From NCBI GenBank assembly GCA_965644315.1, contig CBFFRQ010000013.1, forward strand, positions 1 through 64,000: 64,000 nt of DNA, given 5' to 3'. Both the position numbers and the translations under genes were made by a program. Below, one piece after another: positions 38,966 through 50,300 of this stretch. This DNA comes from Caecitellus pseudoparvulus (lineage: Eukaryota > Protista > Bigyra: Bicosoecida). Numbering within the stretch: the first letter of the stretch is position 1; every line of letters starts with the position of its first letter. The notes beneath the pieces are model-generated. The model was not told where the DNA came from, did not search any database, and worked only from the letters and a program-made list of their open reading frames with translations.

Positions 38966-39273
38966 GCCTTCGTGCTGTCGTCCCACACCTACGTCCTCCT
39001 GCTCTCAGCTCAGGGACGAGGGACCTGCAGTCGCTCGTGGGAGCCGCTGGCTCGACTGTCCCAGTGCTGCACACAGCCAAATTCACAAGCCTGGGAATGC
39101 GAATTGAAGCATTTCCCATATAAATCCCCAAAAATCATATGCTTGTCTTGCTTTGTTTTTCGTTTGGGTGCAACGATCGAACGTCTGGTCAGCGCTACAT
39201 CAACGCCCAGCTGCAGCGAGCTTGGGTCTCAGGTTCGCTGGCCACGCAACCAGACAGGCGCCAGGTCCAAACC

Positions 39274-40833
39274 ATGGCCTTTTCGCGGCCCTGCAGCGCT
39301 GCTGCAATGGGAGTCTTGGCTACTACAAGGGTGCAGATTCGCCGTTTCGCTGGCGTTTCAGACCACGTCGCAGCGCTGGGCCGCATGACGACCGTCGTCC
39401 CAGCGGAAGACCAAAGCACACACGAAGTCGACTGGGGCAAGAAGTACACAGGCTCTGCCCTCGCTGTCGTGCAACCGGGCTGCGTGGAGGAAGTCGCGGA
39501 GGTCATCAAGTACGCTGGCAAGCACGGCATTGGCGTGGTGCCGCAAGGCGGCAACACTGGCTTGGTGGGGGGCGGCGTCCCTCGCGACCAGGACATTGTC
39601 GTGAACATGTCCCGCATGCGCCGCATTTCCGACTTTGACACCAGCTCGGGCGTCATCACCGCGGAGGCAGGCGTGACCCTGGCCGAGCTGGAGGCAGCGG
39701 CCGCCCAGCATGGCTTCCGAGTGCCACTGGACCTCGGAGCTCGGGGCTCCTGCCACATCGGCGGCAACATCGCGACAAACGCAGGCGGCATCCGGGTGGT
39801 TCGGTACGGCTCCTTGCATGGGTACCTCCGTGGTCTGCGCGTGGTGGATGGGGCGGGGCGCACGCTGGACCTCCGCTCACACCTGGCCAAAGACAACGTG
39901 GGCCTGCACCTGCCACACCTCTTCCTGGGCAGCGAGGGCAGCCTGGGCGTCATCACGGACGTGTGCCTGGCCACTGTGCCTGCGCCGCCCCACAGCTGCA
40001 TGGCCCTGCTGGCAGCTCCCTCCTTCCCCGCAGCGGTCCGCATCATGCAGCGTGCCCGGCGCCAGCTGCAGGGCAGTCTGTCTGCGGTGGAGTTCATGGA
40101 CCGGGCTGCGCTGAAGACGGTGCTGCAGCACACCCCCAACACCCGGGACCCCCTGCCGACGCCCTTCCCTTTCTACGTGCTGGTGGAGGTGGAGGGGGGG
40201 GATGCGCCCGCCCTGAACGGGGAGCTGGAGAACACCCTGTGGGGCGCCTTGGCGGCGGAGGAGGCAGTGGAGGGCGTCGTGGCAGACAGCTCTGCGCGGT
40301 GCGCCGACCTGTGGGCCTTGCGGGAGAACGTGGCCCCTGCAGCCTCCACACACGGCCTGGTGCTGAAGTACGACGTGTCCCTGCCGGCGCAACGCATGCA
40401 CGAGCTCGTGTGCGCGACGCAGCACCGCCTCGCCGACGCAGTGGCAGCCGGGCAGCTCCCCGGCGCATCCCTGGCCACACTGGGCTCGGCCACACACGGC
40501 GAACTGGTGCAGGTGGACCCCCAGGACATCGTCGTCATGGGGTACGGCCACATCGGCGACGGCAACCTGCACTTGAACGTGAGCATTCCGTGGGAGGGCG
40601 GCTCGGCCGCAAGCCCCCTCACGGCGCCAGTGCAGGAGCTGCTGGAGCCGTGGGTGTTTGAGTGGGTCTTAGCAGCGGGTGGCAGCGTCTCCGCCGAGCA
40701 TGGCGTGGGGCAGGCCAAGGTGCAGTGGGTTGGCCGTGCCCGCTCGCCCGAGGCGGTGCAGGCCATGCAGGACGTGAAGCGTGCCTTTGACCCCCTCGGC
40801 ATCATGAACCCCGGCAAGGTGCTGCCACAATAA
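39274..40833 (+). CDS. D2HGDH: D-2-hydroxyglutarate dehydrogenase (FAD-linked oxidase), mitochondrial
   Basis: PQGGNTGLVGGGVP, PLDLGARGSCHIGGNIATNAGG, GSEGSLG, YGHIGDGNLHLN, SAEHGVG, FDPLGIMNPGK. Confidence 0.92.
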   Translation: MAFSRPCSAAAMGVLATTRVQIRRFAGVSDHVAALGRMTTVVPAEDQSTHEVDWGKKYTGSALAVVQPGCVEEVAEVIKYAGKHGIGVVPQGGNTGLVGGGVPRDQDIVVNMSRMRRISDFDTSSGVITAEAGVTLAELEAAAAQHGFRVPLDLGARGSCHIGGNIATNAGGIRVVRYGSLHGYLRGLRVVDGAGRTLDLRSHLAKDNVGLHLPHLFLGSEGSLGVITDVCLATVPAPPHSCMALLAAPSFPAAVRIMQRARRQLQGSLSAVEFMDRAALKTVLQHTPNTRDPLPTPFPFYVLVEVEGGDAPALNGELENTLWGALAAEEAVEGVVADSSARCADLWALRENVAPAASTHGLVLKYDVSLPAQRMHELVCATQHRLADAVAAGQLPGASLATLGSATHGELVQVDPQDIVVMGYGHIGDGNLHLNVSIPWEGGSAASPLTAPVQELLEPWVFEWVLAAGGSVSAEHGVGQAKVQWVGRARSPEAVQAMQDVKRAFDPLGIMNPGKVLPQ

Positions 40834-41055
40834 TTCACCCCGAAGTCACCGGGCTGCCCTCTGCGTTCCCTCCCTCTCGCTCACCCCTGTGTCGCGGTGG
40901 GAGCTCGCTGCAGTGCGGCCTGCCTGACCAGTCGCATGCGACGCCGCCGCATGCGGGAGCTCGCCTCGCGCACGCGGCCCCAGAGTGGCGAACCCGCGCA
41001 CCAGGCGTAGGGTAGCTGCTGCAGACGGCCTAAAGCTGCGTCGCCACCCTCCTCC

Positions 41056-43804
41056 ATGGGGTGCGGGCCTTCCACGGCTGTGCAGCCGGGGGAGCGCGAC
41101 AACGCATCAGAGGCGTCAGGCACGCCTGCTGCAGTGCAGCACGCAGATGGCGGTGCAGGAGGCCCCTCATCATCTGGACCAGGAGAGACGGACGAAAAGG
41201 CGCCACATGGGACTAGTTGTTCGAGCTCTAGGCGCAGCGGGCGCGGGAGACCCCCAGGTGGGGGCCCTGAGAGCCCGGAACCCGCCGCCGCAAAATCTAA
41301 GCCCATTCCACAGCTGCCAGCTGGGCCCCTACGTGATCTGCCTGTGAGTTCCACGCAGCACTGTTGCTGCAGTTGGCTTCACAGAAGGCTGGCCGACTGC
41401 CTGCGCAGGTTGCAAACTTGGAAGACGACTTTGACATGGGGGAACTCCTCGGAAAGTGCGTGGGAGCGTTTTCGCGTGCTTCCTGGCGATGCCGACACAC
41501 AGCCACCGCCACGCGCTCTCGAGCAGGGGCTCCTTCGGCAACGTGTACCGGGCAACACGCAAATCAGATGGTGGTGTCTTTGCTGTAAAGATCATGGACC
41601 GCGCCAAGATCAAGCCCACCAGCATTCACCGCGAGTACACCGTGCTGGAAGCCACAGGCCAGCACTCCCACGTTGTCGGGTACTTCGGCACGTACAAGTC
41701 TGCCACCCAAGTGAGCTTTGTCCTGGAGCCCATGGAGGGTGGGGAGTTGTTCCAGCGCCTGGTCCATGAGGGAGCCCTCGAGGAGCCAGCGGCGCGGCAC
41801 ACCTTCCTGCACGTCGCGCAGGCTCTCGCGTTCCTTCACAGCCGCGGGATTATCCACCGCGACTTGAAGCCGGAGAACTTGCTGCTCAAGTGCGCCGACC
41901 CAGGGGACTTCACCGCCAAGATCGCAGACTTTGGCTTGTCCCAGCTCATTCGCCCGCGGGAAAAGCTGGTGAGTCACCAGTGACCTGCGCGCAGCCCACT
42001 CCACGCCTCCTTCACTCCCCGGCCCACCCCCTCCCAGGTGAAAATTTGTGGAACATGGGCATATGCAGCCCCTGAAATGTCAGATCCTGCTCGGCCTGGC
42101 TATGACGCCCGGTTTGACACGTGGGCGCTGGGCGTCATCATGTTCGTGGCTCTGAGTGGGTACCACCCGTTTGACCCGCACGGCAACCTCCCAGTGAACA
42201 AAATCAAGTCCAACGCCCGGAACGCGAAGTTTGACTTCGACATGCCCGAGTGGAGTGGCATTTCCAACCCTGCCAAGGACCTCATCGCACGGCTCATCGT
42301 GAAGGAGCCCCGCAAGCGCCTGTCCAGCAAGCAGCTGCTGAAGCACCCCTGGTTCCGAGATGTCCCGCCGCCTTCCGCGCGCTTCCGGCTCACGGCTGAT
42401 GGCGAGAAGATCCTGGAGCAGATCCGCCCGGCGGGGTCCAGTGACGACGTAAGTGTAGACTCGTCAGCCACTCCTGACTTCTCCACCTGGCAACAGCCAA
42501 CCGGCACGAGCGGCGCTGGCGGCTTGCCAGGCAGGCCACCCGCTCGCCCCTCCTCCCCTCGATCGACCGGGGAAGGCGACTCAACTCATGGGCGACAAGG
42601 CGCCTCTGGGAGTAGCTCCACACGGCCACGGGAGGGAGCTCGGCACATGCCTGGTGGCAGCGAGGAAAACCCTGGTCGGCCACATAGGGCTCGCAAGGGG
42701 CGGGGGAAGGCTGCCGCGCAGGGCTGGCACCCACACATCCCCATGCCATCGGAGGCTGGCCCGACGAAGGCCGCTCCCAGCAGCGACGGCGGCTTTGCGG
42801 CGGTGGGTGGGCAGGAAATCACCACCCCCAGTCGCCGCGCTGGCAGACCTGCACAGGCCATACCCGTGCCGCTGGACAGCCCCAGGCAGCGCCCCAGCCA
42901 CAGCGGCAGCCAGGCGCAGGGTGGACAGGGCGCCGTCTTGGCTTCACGTCTGGATCGGTCTTTCTACGGAGCACCCCCTGTCACCACTGGCACAGTGGCC
43001 ACGCTGAGCTTGGGCTCGGACGATGCGTCTTCCGATGCCAGTGGCGTCAGTGGCAGAGGGGGGGGCGGGTACGACAAGGCTGCGGGTTCCTTGGCACCCC
43101 CACCTCGCGCAGGCATCGCTGACCAGTCCAGTCCACACCCGAAGCACCGTCTGAAGTACGGCCGGCGCTCCGCACGCAAGCGTAGCGGGCGTGGCAAGGC
43201 AGTCATGGACCGGCGCTTTCGGTCGTCACGGGGGGAGGACGTCCTGCTCAAGTCCGCCGGCGCGGCAGGCGGCACACATGATACTCCGCCACCTTCAGCG
43301 TCGCACCACGGGCAGCCCAAGGGCGCCGACACGCCAGCACGCCTCACTGCCCGTGACTCATCCATGGACAGCGCGGGGGACGCTGGCAGTGCCCGGCGGT
43401 ATGTCTCCCCCCAGCACACACAAGTCGGTGGCACCATCAGCGTGGAAGCCGACAAGTCCAGGAGCACCAGCTTGGCGGTGGCTGGCGAGTCACACGTGCC
43501 ACAGTTGAACCTGCCCACTGTCACAGTAATGCCTGGCAGCGTATCTGCACGCCCCCTTCGCCACGGGGAGGTGCCAAACCTGTCGGATGCCGCAGCACCA
43601 GCACCAGCTTCTGCCGCACGACATCCATCCCAGCGCTCCATCCAGTCAGAGAGCCACGCTGAAAAGGGGACACCAGTGCTTGCTGCAGCATGGGGCAGCA
43701 CCAGTGCGGCAGGCTCGGGGTGGCAACTCAAGCCGAGGGCGCGCTCGGCAAGGGGGGTGTCTGCCGCTGAGAGCGCCAGCAAAGTTCTGGACGATGCAGG
43801 CTGA
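41056..43804 (+). CDS. CAMK-like Ser/Thr protein kinase with MGC N-terminus and long disordered tail; 3 introns
   Basis: LGK-GSFGNV, AVKIM, HRDLKPEN, DFG, CGTWAYAAPE and DTWALGV across exons; N-terminus MGCGPS. Confidence 0.9.
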
Positions 43805-43963
43805 TTTGCCGAGCAAATTTTCTCAACTGTCTTTTGCTAGTTTGAGCGCCTTGTTTCCCCTTGAGGCTTGGTGGAAGCAGTGCAAGCTTGCCCGTGAACA
43901 GCGGCTCACACCTGCCTCAGCCCCTTGTGACCTGCCCAGCCCCACGAACGAGGCCGGCGCGCC

Positions 43964-45219
43964 ATGGCAAACACGACTGAGCTCGGTTTGCTGTGCAATG
44001 CAACTTGGAAACCACTTCAGCCAGGTGTAGGGGTTCTGGTGTACAAGACTTCGTGCAATCACGTCTTCTGGTGCGCGCGCACACGTTGCGTTTCATGCTC
44101 TGCAACGCAGCTGCTGCACCACCACCTGTGACACACAGTGAAGAAGTTGGCAAGCGGCACTTTGCAACCTCAACTAAGTAAGCCTGTGCTAGCCTGCCAT
44201 GCACTCCCTGGTAGCCTCGCCCTCATCCCTCCCCGGGAGCCCTCCCCTTCAGATGCCCACTGTGCGGCACTGACCTTCAGCACACGAGCGGCGGGGAAGT
44301 GCTGGAAGTGGCCCTGGAAGCCTCAGAGGAGGGCGACTCAATTGTCTATGGCTACTTACTCTCTCGTCCTCTCACCTTGCTGCAGCTGTGTGCAGAGTAC
44401 ATGGCTGGATTCTTTCATGAGCAGCGCAAGCTCGCCGGGCGGCGATCGCGGGTGCAGCTGGCAGACGCGCAAGATGCTGCTCAAGCCCGTGTAGCTCAGC
44501 TGGAGAGGCAGCACACAGAGCTCTCAAATCAAATTCGAACTTTGACAACTGAGTTGAAGCACAAAGACGAAGGTACCGCGTGCAGCCCTCCACATGCACG
44601 CTCGCCCTAGCACCCCACCGCTGCCGCCGCCGCTCCCCACCCAGCCATTGCTCGGCAGCAAGACAAACTGGCCAGGGCCGCTCAAGCACATCGAGGTGTA
44701 GTGCAGAAGTACGACCAGCTCAAGCGCGCATACTCTCGTGCCACTGGTGCAGCGCCCATCCCCAACCCCACACCCACCCGGGCCCCCGCACGGCAACCCA
44801 TGACGCCAACAAATGCTACTGCGGTGGGAGGCATGCAACGGGTGCCGCAACGTACGGGCTTGCCCCATCACCCGCACTCTGGAACGAGCCGGGGGAACCT
44901 TGGCCTGTCGACCCCGCTGTCCCAAACGGGGATGAATGTGAGGCACATGCAAAGCCCTCGCAACGCACTGGCCAGCCCCAGCCCCCGCAGCTCAGCGCCC
45001 CCCTCCTCTCCGTACGTGGGCCAGCGGCAGGACTCCTTCCTCTCCACAGCTTCCACAGCAGAAACATTCCGGGCAGCCAAGCGACCCCGCCAGGAGGCCG
45101 CAGAGACAGGCCGCGTCCCGACAGCCATGTTCAGAACACGCCCAGTGTCCAGCACGCCCTTCGGTGGGCACAGGTCTGGAGGGGGGCTGCTGGGCAGCAC
45201 AGCCCCATCTTTCTTGTGA
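43964..45219 (+). CDS. HEI10: HEI10/CCNB1IP1-like meiotic RING E3 ligase, 3 introns
   Basis: Spliced model MANTTELGLLCNATWKPL...KTSCNHVFC-EEVGKRHFATSTK-CPLCGTDL, then GFFHEQ, a coiled coil ending KYDQLKRAY and a Ser/Pro tail. Confidence 0.7.
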
Positions 45220-45248
45220 TGCTTGCGCACAGTGTACCTGCATTTACC

Positions 45249-47212
45249 TCACCACACCTCAGTGCCCGTGCCCTGGTGGGGGTCCAAGGCGCTCATCGTG
45301 ACGACACTAATGCCCTCCTGCAAGGCATCAAACACCGCCGACGTCGCTGTGATGATGTCCAGCGTCTCAGGAACAACTGCTGGGTGCGGCACAACCTGAT
45401 CAGGCTCGCTCAGGTGCAGGCACAGGATCTCCCCACCAAAACGGATCTGGTCTTTCACGCCCGCCAGCACTGCACTTGGCGTGCTGGCCCAATCAGCAGG
45501 GTACACCGACCACAGAGCGCCAGCCATGCCCATGCCATTCGCAGCACGCAGCAGGGCAACATCACGAATGCCGTCGGCAGGGCGATACCAGGCTGGGGCC
45601 TTGCCTGTTGCTGTCAGGATTGTCGAGTACGCTTCCTCCATGTCCATCATAGCAAATGCAGTGGAGGGGGCGCCAGAGGCACCCAACACGCCCACCTCGT
45701 GGCCAGCATCCGTGATGTGGTCAATGGCGTGCACATTGCTCGCGGCTTCGTGCCCCGTGAAGAAGAAGGTCCCCTTGGCACCCTTGTCTGCCAGGAGTTG
45801 CAGCAAGGCAACGAGCTCGCTGTGGGAGCGAGGCGCGCCGTTGAAGGTGATCGCGACGTGGGGCAGTGTGATGCAGCCGCGGTGAGTCATGTGGGCCAGC
45901 AGGGGGGAAACGCCCGGCACAGCACGGTGCATCACCTGCAGCAGGCGTGCTGCCAGCACCAGCAGGCACAGCGCGGCCCCGGCAAGGACGGCCAATCGGG
46001 GCAGTCCCCCGACGAGAGAGTGAGAGTCAAGGTACTGCGCAGCTGCGGCCCTGTCCGCCCAGGCAAATGCACCAACTGCTGCCTGCACCGCTGCCTGAGC
46101 ATCCGCTGAAGTGCACAGGACGACCGACACGCCGAGAATCCCCATGAATACAACAACAGAGAGATCCAAGGCAAATAGCCGGTGCTGCGTCGCATTGTAG
46201 GGGTTCCATACCTCAACGCCAAGAGCAAGGGCGGCCACGGCGCCAGCTGCAACGGCAAAGCCGAAGGAAAAGGCCAGCAGCTGGCCCACCGCGGCAGCTT
46301 GCCCGGACAGACCGAAGTCGAAGAACACCATGGAGAACACAACCAGCAGCACTGACTGAGCACGCCGTTCGTTGTGCGCCCAAGGCCCCAGCGGGCAGGG
46401 CATGTTGGCATACGCGGACAGAGTCACAGCCAGCCCGAGGGCCAGCGGCACAGACACGGCCAGCAGCGCGTCGCCGTTCTGGATGAACGCGATGCCAGTC
46501 ATAATGATAGCTGGCACCACAGCAAGGGCAACTCGGCCCTTTGTTGGCGCGCCATGGTCCCGAGTGTCTGAGGACACCACCAGCAACCAGAGCAGGAGCA
46601 GTGCGCCGCACACGCCGACATCAATGCGCCCGCCGAAGCTGATAAAGGTCCCCCCAACCGCCGAACCGACCACAAGCGAGTATGCCGTGGGCCCTGCCCC
46701 GAACATGGCTGACACTTCTGCACAAACGCGGCGAAGCGTGGCGGGGTGCCGGCACGAGGCGTGGTTGATGGGTGGGTGAGGCGGGGCACGTAATTCCGCT
46801 TACCAGCACGAGATGCCAGGTACCCCACAAACAGCAACAGGGCAGAGCGCCCCAGTGGGCCGACCACCTGGCCCTCCACCAGGGCATCTGAAAATGCCAG
46901 TGCAGCCGTGCAGCCTGCAGCAGTCAATGCCAGCATGGTGGTGGTGTGCTGCACGAGGAGACTTGCCAGGACAGCCGCTGCACCAGCCAGAACGGCCGCC
47001 ATCGCGGCAGCATCGCCTGTGAGCCCCTGCCCCAACCACCCTGCCAGGACAAGCACGCCAGCAAAGCCCACGAACGCATACTTGTACGATGGAAGGCGCT
47101 TGGATGTCAGGTCCACAGACAGCAGCCAGAGTGCCGCAAAGCCCAGCGCCACGGAGACTGCAACGGTTGATGCTGGCACGGAGCTGGTGCCCCACGCAAC
47201 GACAGACGCCAT
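45249..47212 (-). CDS. Multi-pass membrane protein with a C-terminal NodB/CE4 polysaccharide deacetylase-like domain; intron ~46720-46800
   Basis: Many hydrophobic helices, then VAITFNGAP, KGTFFFTG, AGHEVG, WYRPADG, LWSVYPADW, GEILCLH. Confidence 0.75.
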
Positions 47213-47340
47213 GGCGGACGACAAGTGGACACAGCAAGAAAGAGGTGGAGGGACACGCACACCCACCAGACTGCTTGCAGCTGACGAGACCATGGGCGGC
47301 GGGTTGTGCGAGGGCACGTGCATTGCGATGCTGGTGCGCC

Positions 47341-50300
47341 TCACTGGTCCATGTACTGTGCCAGGCGGTCCCTGAACTCCACATCCCCAGCCCCTTCGTC
47401 GTCCACAAGGCGGCCATAGGAGGTGGCGCTGGTGTCGGCGGGGGCGGACGAGGTCCCGCTGTGCCCACTGTACCCATCGTCGCCGCCCATGACGGTGTAC
47501 TGGTTCTGGGCACGAGCAACGGTGCGGCGCCGCCACCAGACAAACGCGACGACCGCCACAACGGCCAGCAGGACAGACAGCACGATCACAGCTGTGATGC
47601 CGGGCGCCAGGGGCTGCTTTGGGGCCTTGCGAGAGGACGCCGCGCCGGAGTTGGCGCTGGCAGTGGATGGGTACAGCATGCGCTGCTCGGCGTGGTTTGT
47701 GGAGCTGTTGCCAGGGAAGGCGGCCGCCCAGCAGGCCACGTCGCATGTGACCATTACAGCAAACTCGTAGGCCGTGTTGGGAACCAAGCCCCCCACAACG
47801 ACAGACGTCTGGCCCTGCTCAGCTCGCGCCGTCACAGAGCCGCAGTGCCCCTCAGTGCTGCCCTCCGCGCAAGAGTCAAGCTGCGCGAACCAGCGCTCCA
47901 TGCCACAAGGCGTGGTGGGGATGCCCTCTTGCAGAGCGGCGCCGCTGAAGCCGCCCTGCCCCGCGAACACAGTGTACTCGGCCTGCTGCAGGACCAACTC
48001 CGCACCAGTGGAGGGTTGCACCAGCTTGGCTGGCTGCCACGACACCGACGCTGACGTGCCCTGCTCGTGATCCACAGTCACACCAGGCGAGTCAGGCTGC
48101 TCCAGGACGTAGGCAGTGCTGGTGAACACGTCCAGCTCGAACTCGTACACGGGCGCCGTTGCACCCAGCACCAGCCCGGCACCCTCCAGAGACCTGCGGC
48201 CGAGGTGGGTGTGCACGACGTCGCCGCGGGGCAGCTGCAGGGTCACCTGCTGGGGCTGCCCTGAGTTCTGCACGCCGACGTACAGAGACTGCGCAGTGGT
48301 GCCCTGGATGTTGACGACGGCGCTACCGCGCGTGGCGCTACTGCTCATGTTGCCCGCCGTGTGGTCAGTGGAGCTGGGGTTGAAGGCATCCTGGCAAGCG
48401 TCCTGGCCTGTCTTGCTGGGGTCGCAGACGTACACGCCAGAGTAGTCCACGCCGCAGGAGTCCAGGTGCATGATGACGTCAGTGGGCTCCTCGCCCCCCA
48501 GGAACATCTCGAACTTGGGGATGGTGCCGATGGGCGCAGAGCCTTGCATGACATTCACACGGCCGTTGATCTGCGAGTAGGGCACAGTCTCCACTGAGTC
48601 GCCATCCTGCACGGTGACGGTGATGTAGAAGCTCTGCTTGCACACCGCTGCGTGCACGCCGCCCGCGCACTCCGCCGACACGGCGAAGTAGTACTGGCAC
48701 TCGTCCCCATCCACGGGGACGCACGCGAGGGCATCTTGGGGGGTGATGAAGAAGTCCGTGCGGTCGCTGCCCACCTGGAACACGCCACCTGGCTCGTGGT
48801 GCCCTGCGCTGGGGTGCCGGTCATCCGCTGTGCACTGGGAGCGGAGGCAGGAGTTCATGAACACCAGCAGAGGCCACGTGTGCGCTCCCGAGGCCGTGTT
48901 GCGGGAGATGGTGACCTTCAGATCGTGCGTGCTGTCGCTGCCGCTGTTCTGGTCGGTGAAGACAAAGTACACTGGGCTCAACTTCCTGGCCTGCCCCTGA
49001 GCGGCCTGGCCTCCGTTCAAGGACGTCAAGCCATCCGAGTACAACGTGACTGAGAACTGCGTCGTGGTCGTGGCGAAGATGCCAATGTAGAACAACCCTG
49101 GCCTCCAATCCAGCGCCGGCACGCAGCCCGTGCGGTTCACGTTGGGGCCGTCACAAGGCGAGGCGGCGCTGATGGTGAGCACGTCGGGCGCGCCGTCCCC
49201 CTCGTTGGAGGTGTACCACCGTGCACCGTAGCAAGTGCGCAGCTTCGCACCTAGTGTGTCGGACACCGTCGCGACATCACTAGGCATGAAGTCCTGCAGC
49301 AGGGGCGTCTTGCCTGCCCAAGGAGCCAGCGCACGAGCCCGAGACCCGGCCTGGACACAGTAGGGGTTGGTGTTGCGGGAGGAGATGAGAATGTCGGGGT
49401 CGCCAGACAGGGGCGTCACCGTGGCGATGAGGTCCACACTGGTGTCGTCGATGTACGCCATGAAGTGCTTCGTGTCCCCAGCGGCGACGGACACCCGGGC
49501 GCTGGGCGTACCCACGCGGAGGATTGTGGGCACCTCAGACGTGGACACCAGCACGTTGAAGGCGACAGTGGAGAGCCACCCGTACACGCCAATGGTGAAG
49601 GTGGTCTGCCCTGCGGTGTGCTTGGGGTCGCCAGCTGGGATGACGATGGTGTACTGGTCTTGGCTTGTGCCATCATCGGAGCTCCAGACATTGTTCTCCA
49701 GCGTGGGCAGGGGCGCGCCTGCGTTGCCCGGCCGGTACAAGTCCGTCACCACCACGCGGGCGTTGCCACTGCCGGTGGGGGTGGCGGAAATGGTCAGGTC
49801 CTTCCACGTACAAGACACGCCGCAGCTGTATGTGTAGTAAGTGTACTCGCCTGCAGACACTCCTCCCAGCTGGGGGGAGCCGGCAGTCAGGGAGACGATG
49901 GTGGTGGACACGTGAGCCACAATGGTGGCTGTCACTTTCACTGTCGTGCTGGGGTTGTACAGCCCGAACAGGTAGTCCACGCCCGACCTGAACGCGGGGT
50001 CCGACCGCTTGATGGTGTTGGCCACGCCAGCTCCTGCAGCGTTGCCTTGCCAGATGTAGTTGCTTGGCCCAGGCACGGTGCTGCTGGTGACGTTGTCAGG
50101 CAGCGTAATGTAGAAGTTCACGTCCCCTGACAGACTGCTGATGGCGTACTGCAGGTCTGCAGCAGCCGTGTACATAGGGAAGCGGAAGAAAGCCGAGCTG
50201 CCGGCGTCCAGCGTCACCTGGCTCTGCTTCCCGTCTTGCAGCGTCTCATCCTTGGAAGCCGTGGCAAAGACAATGTCGAAGTCTGCCCCCGTCTGCCAGC

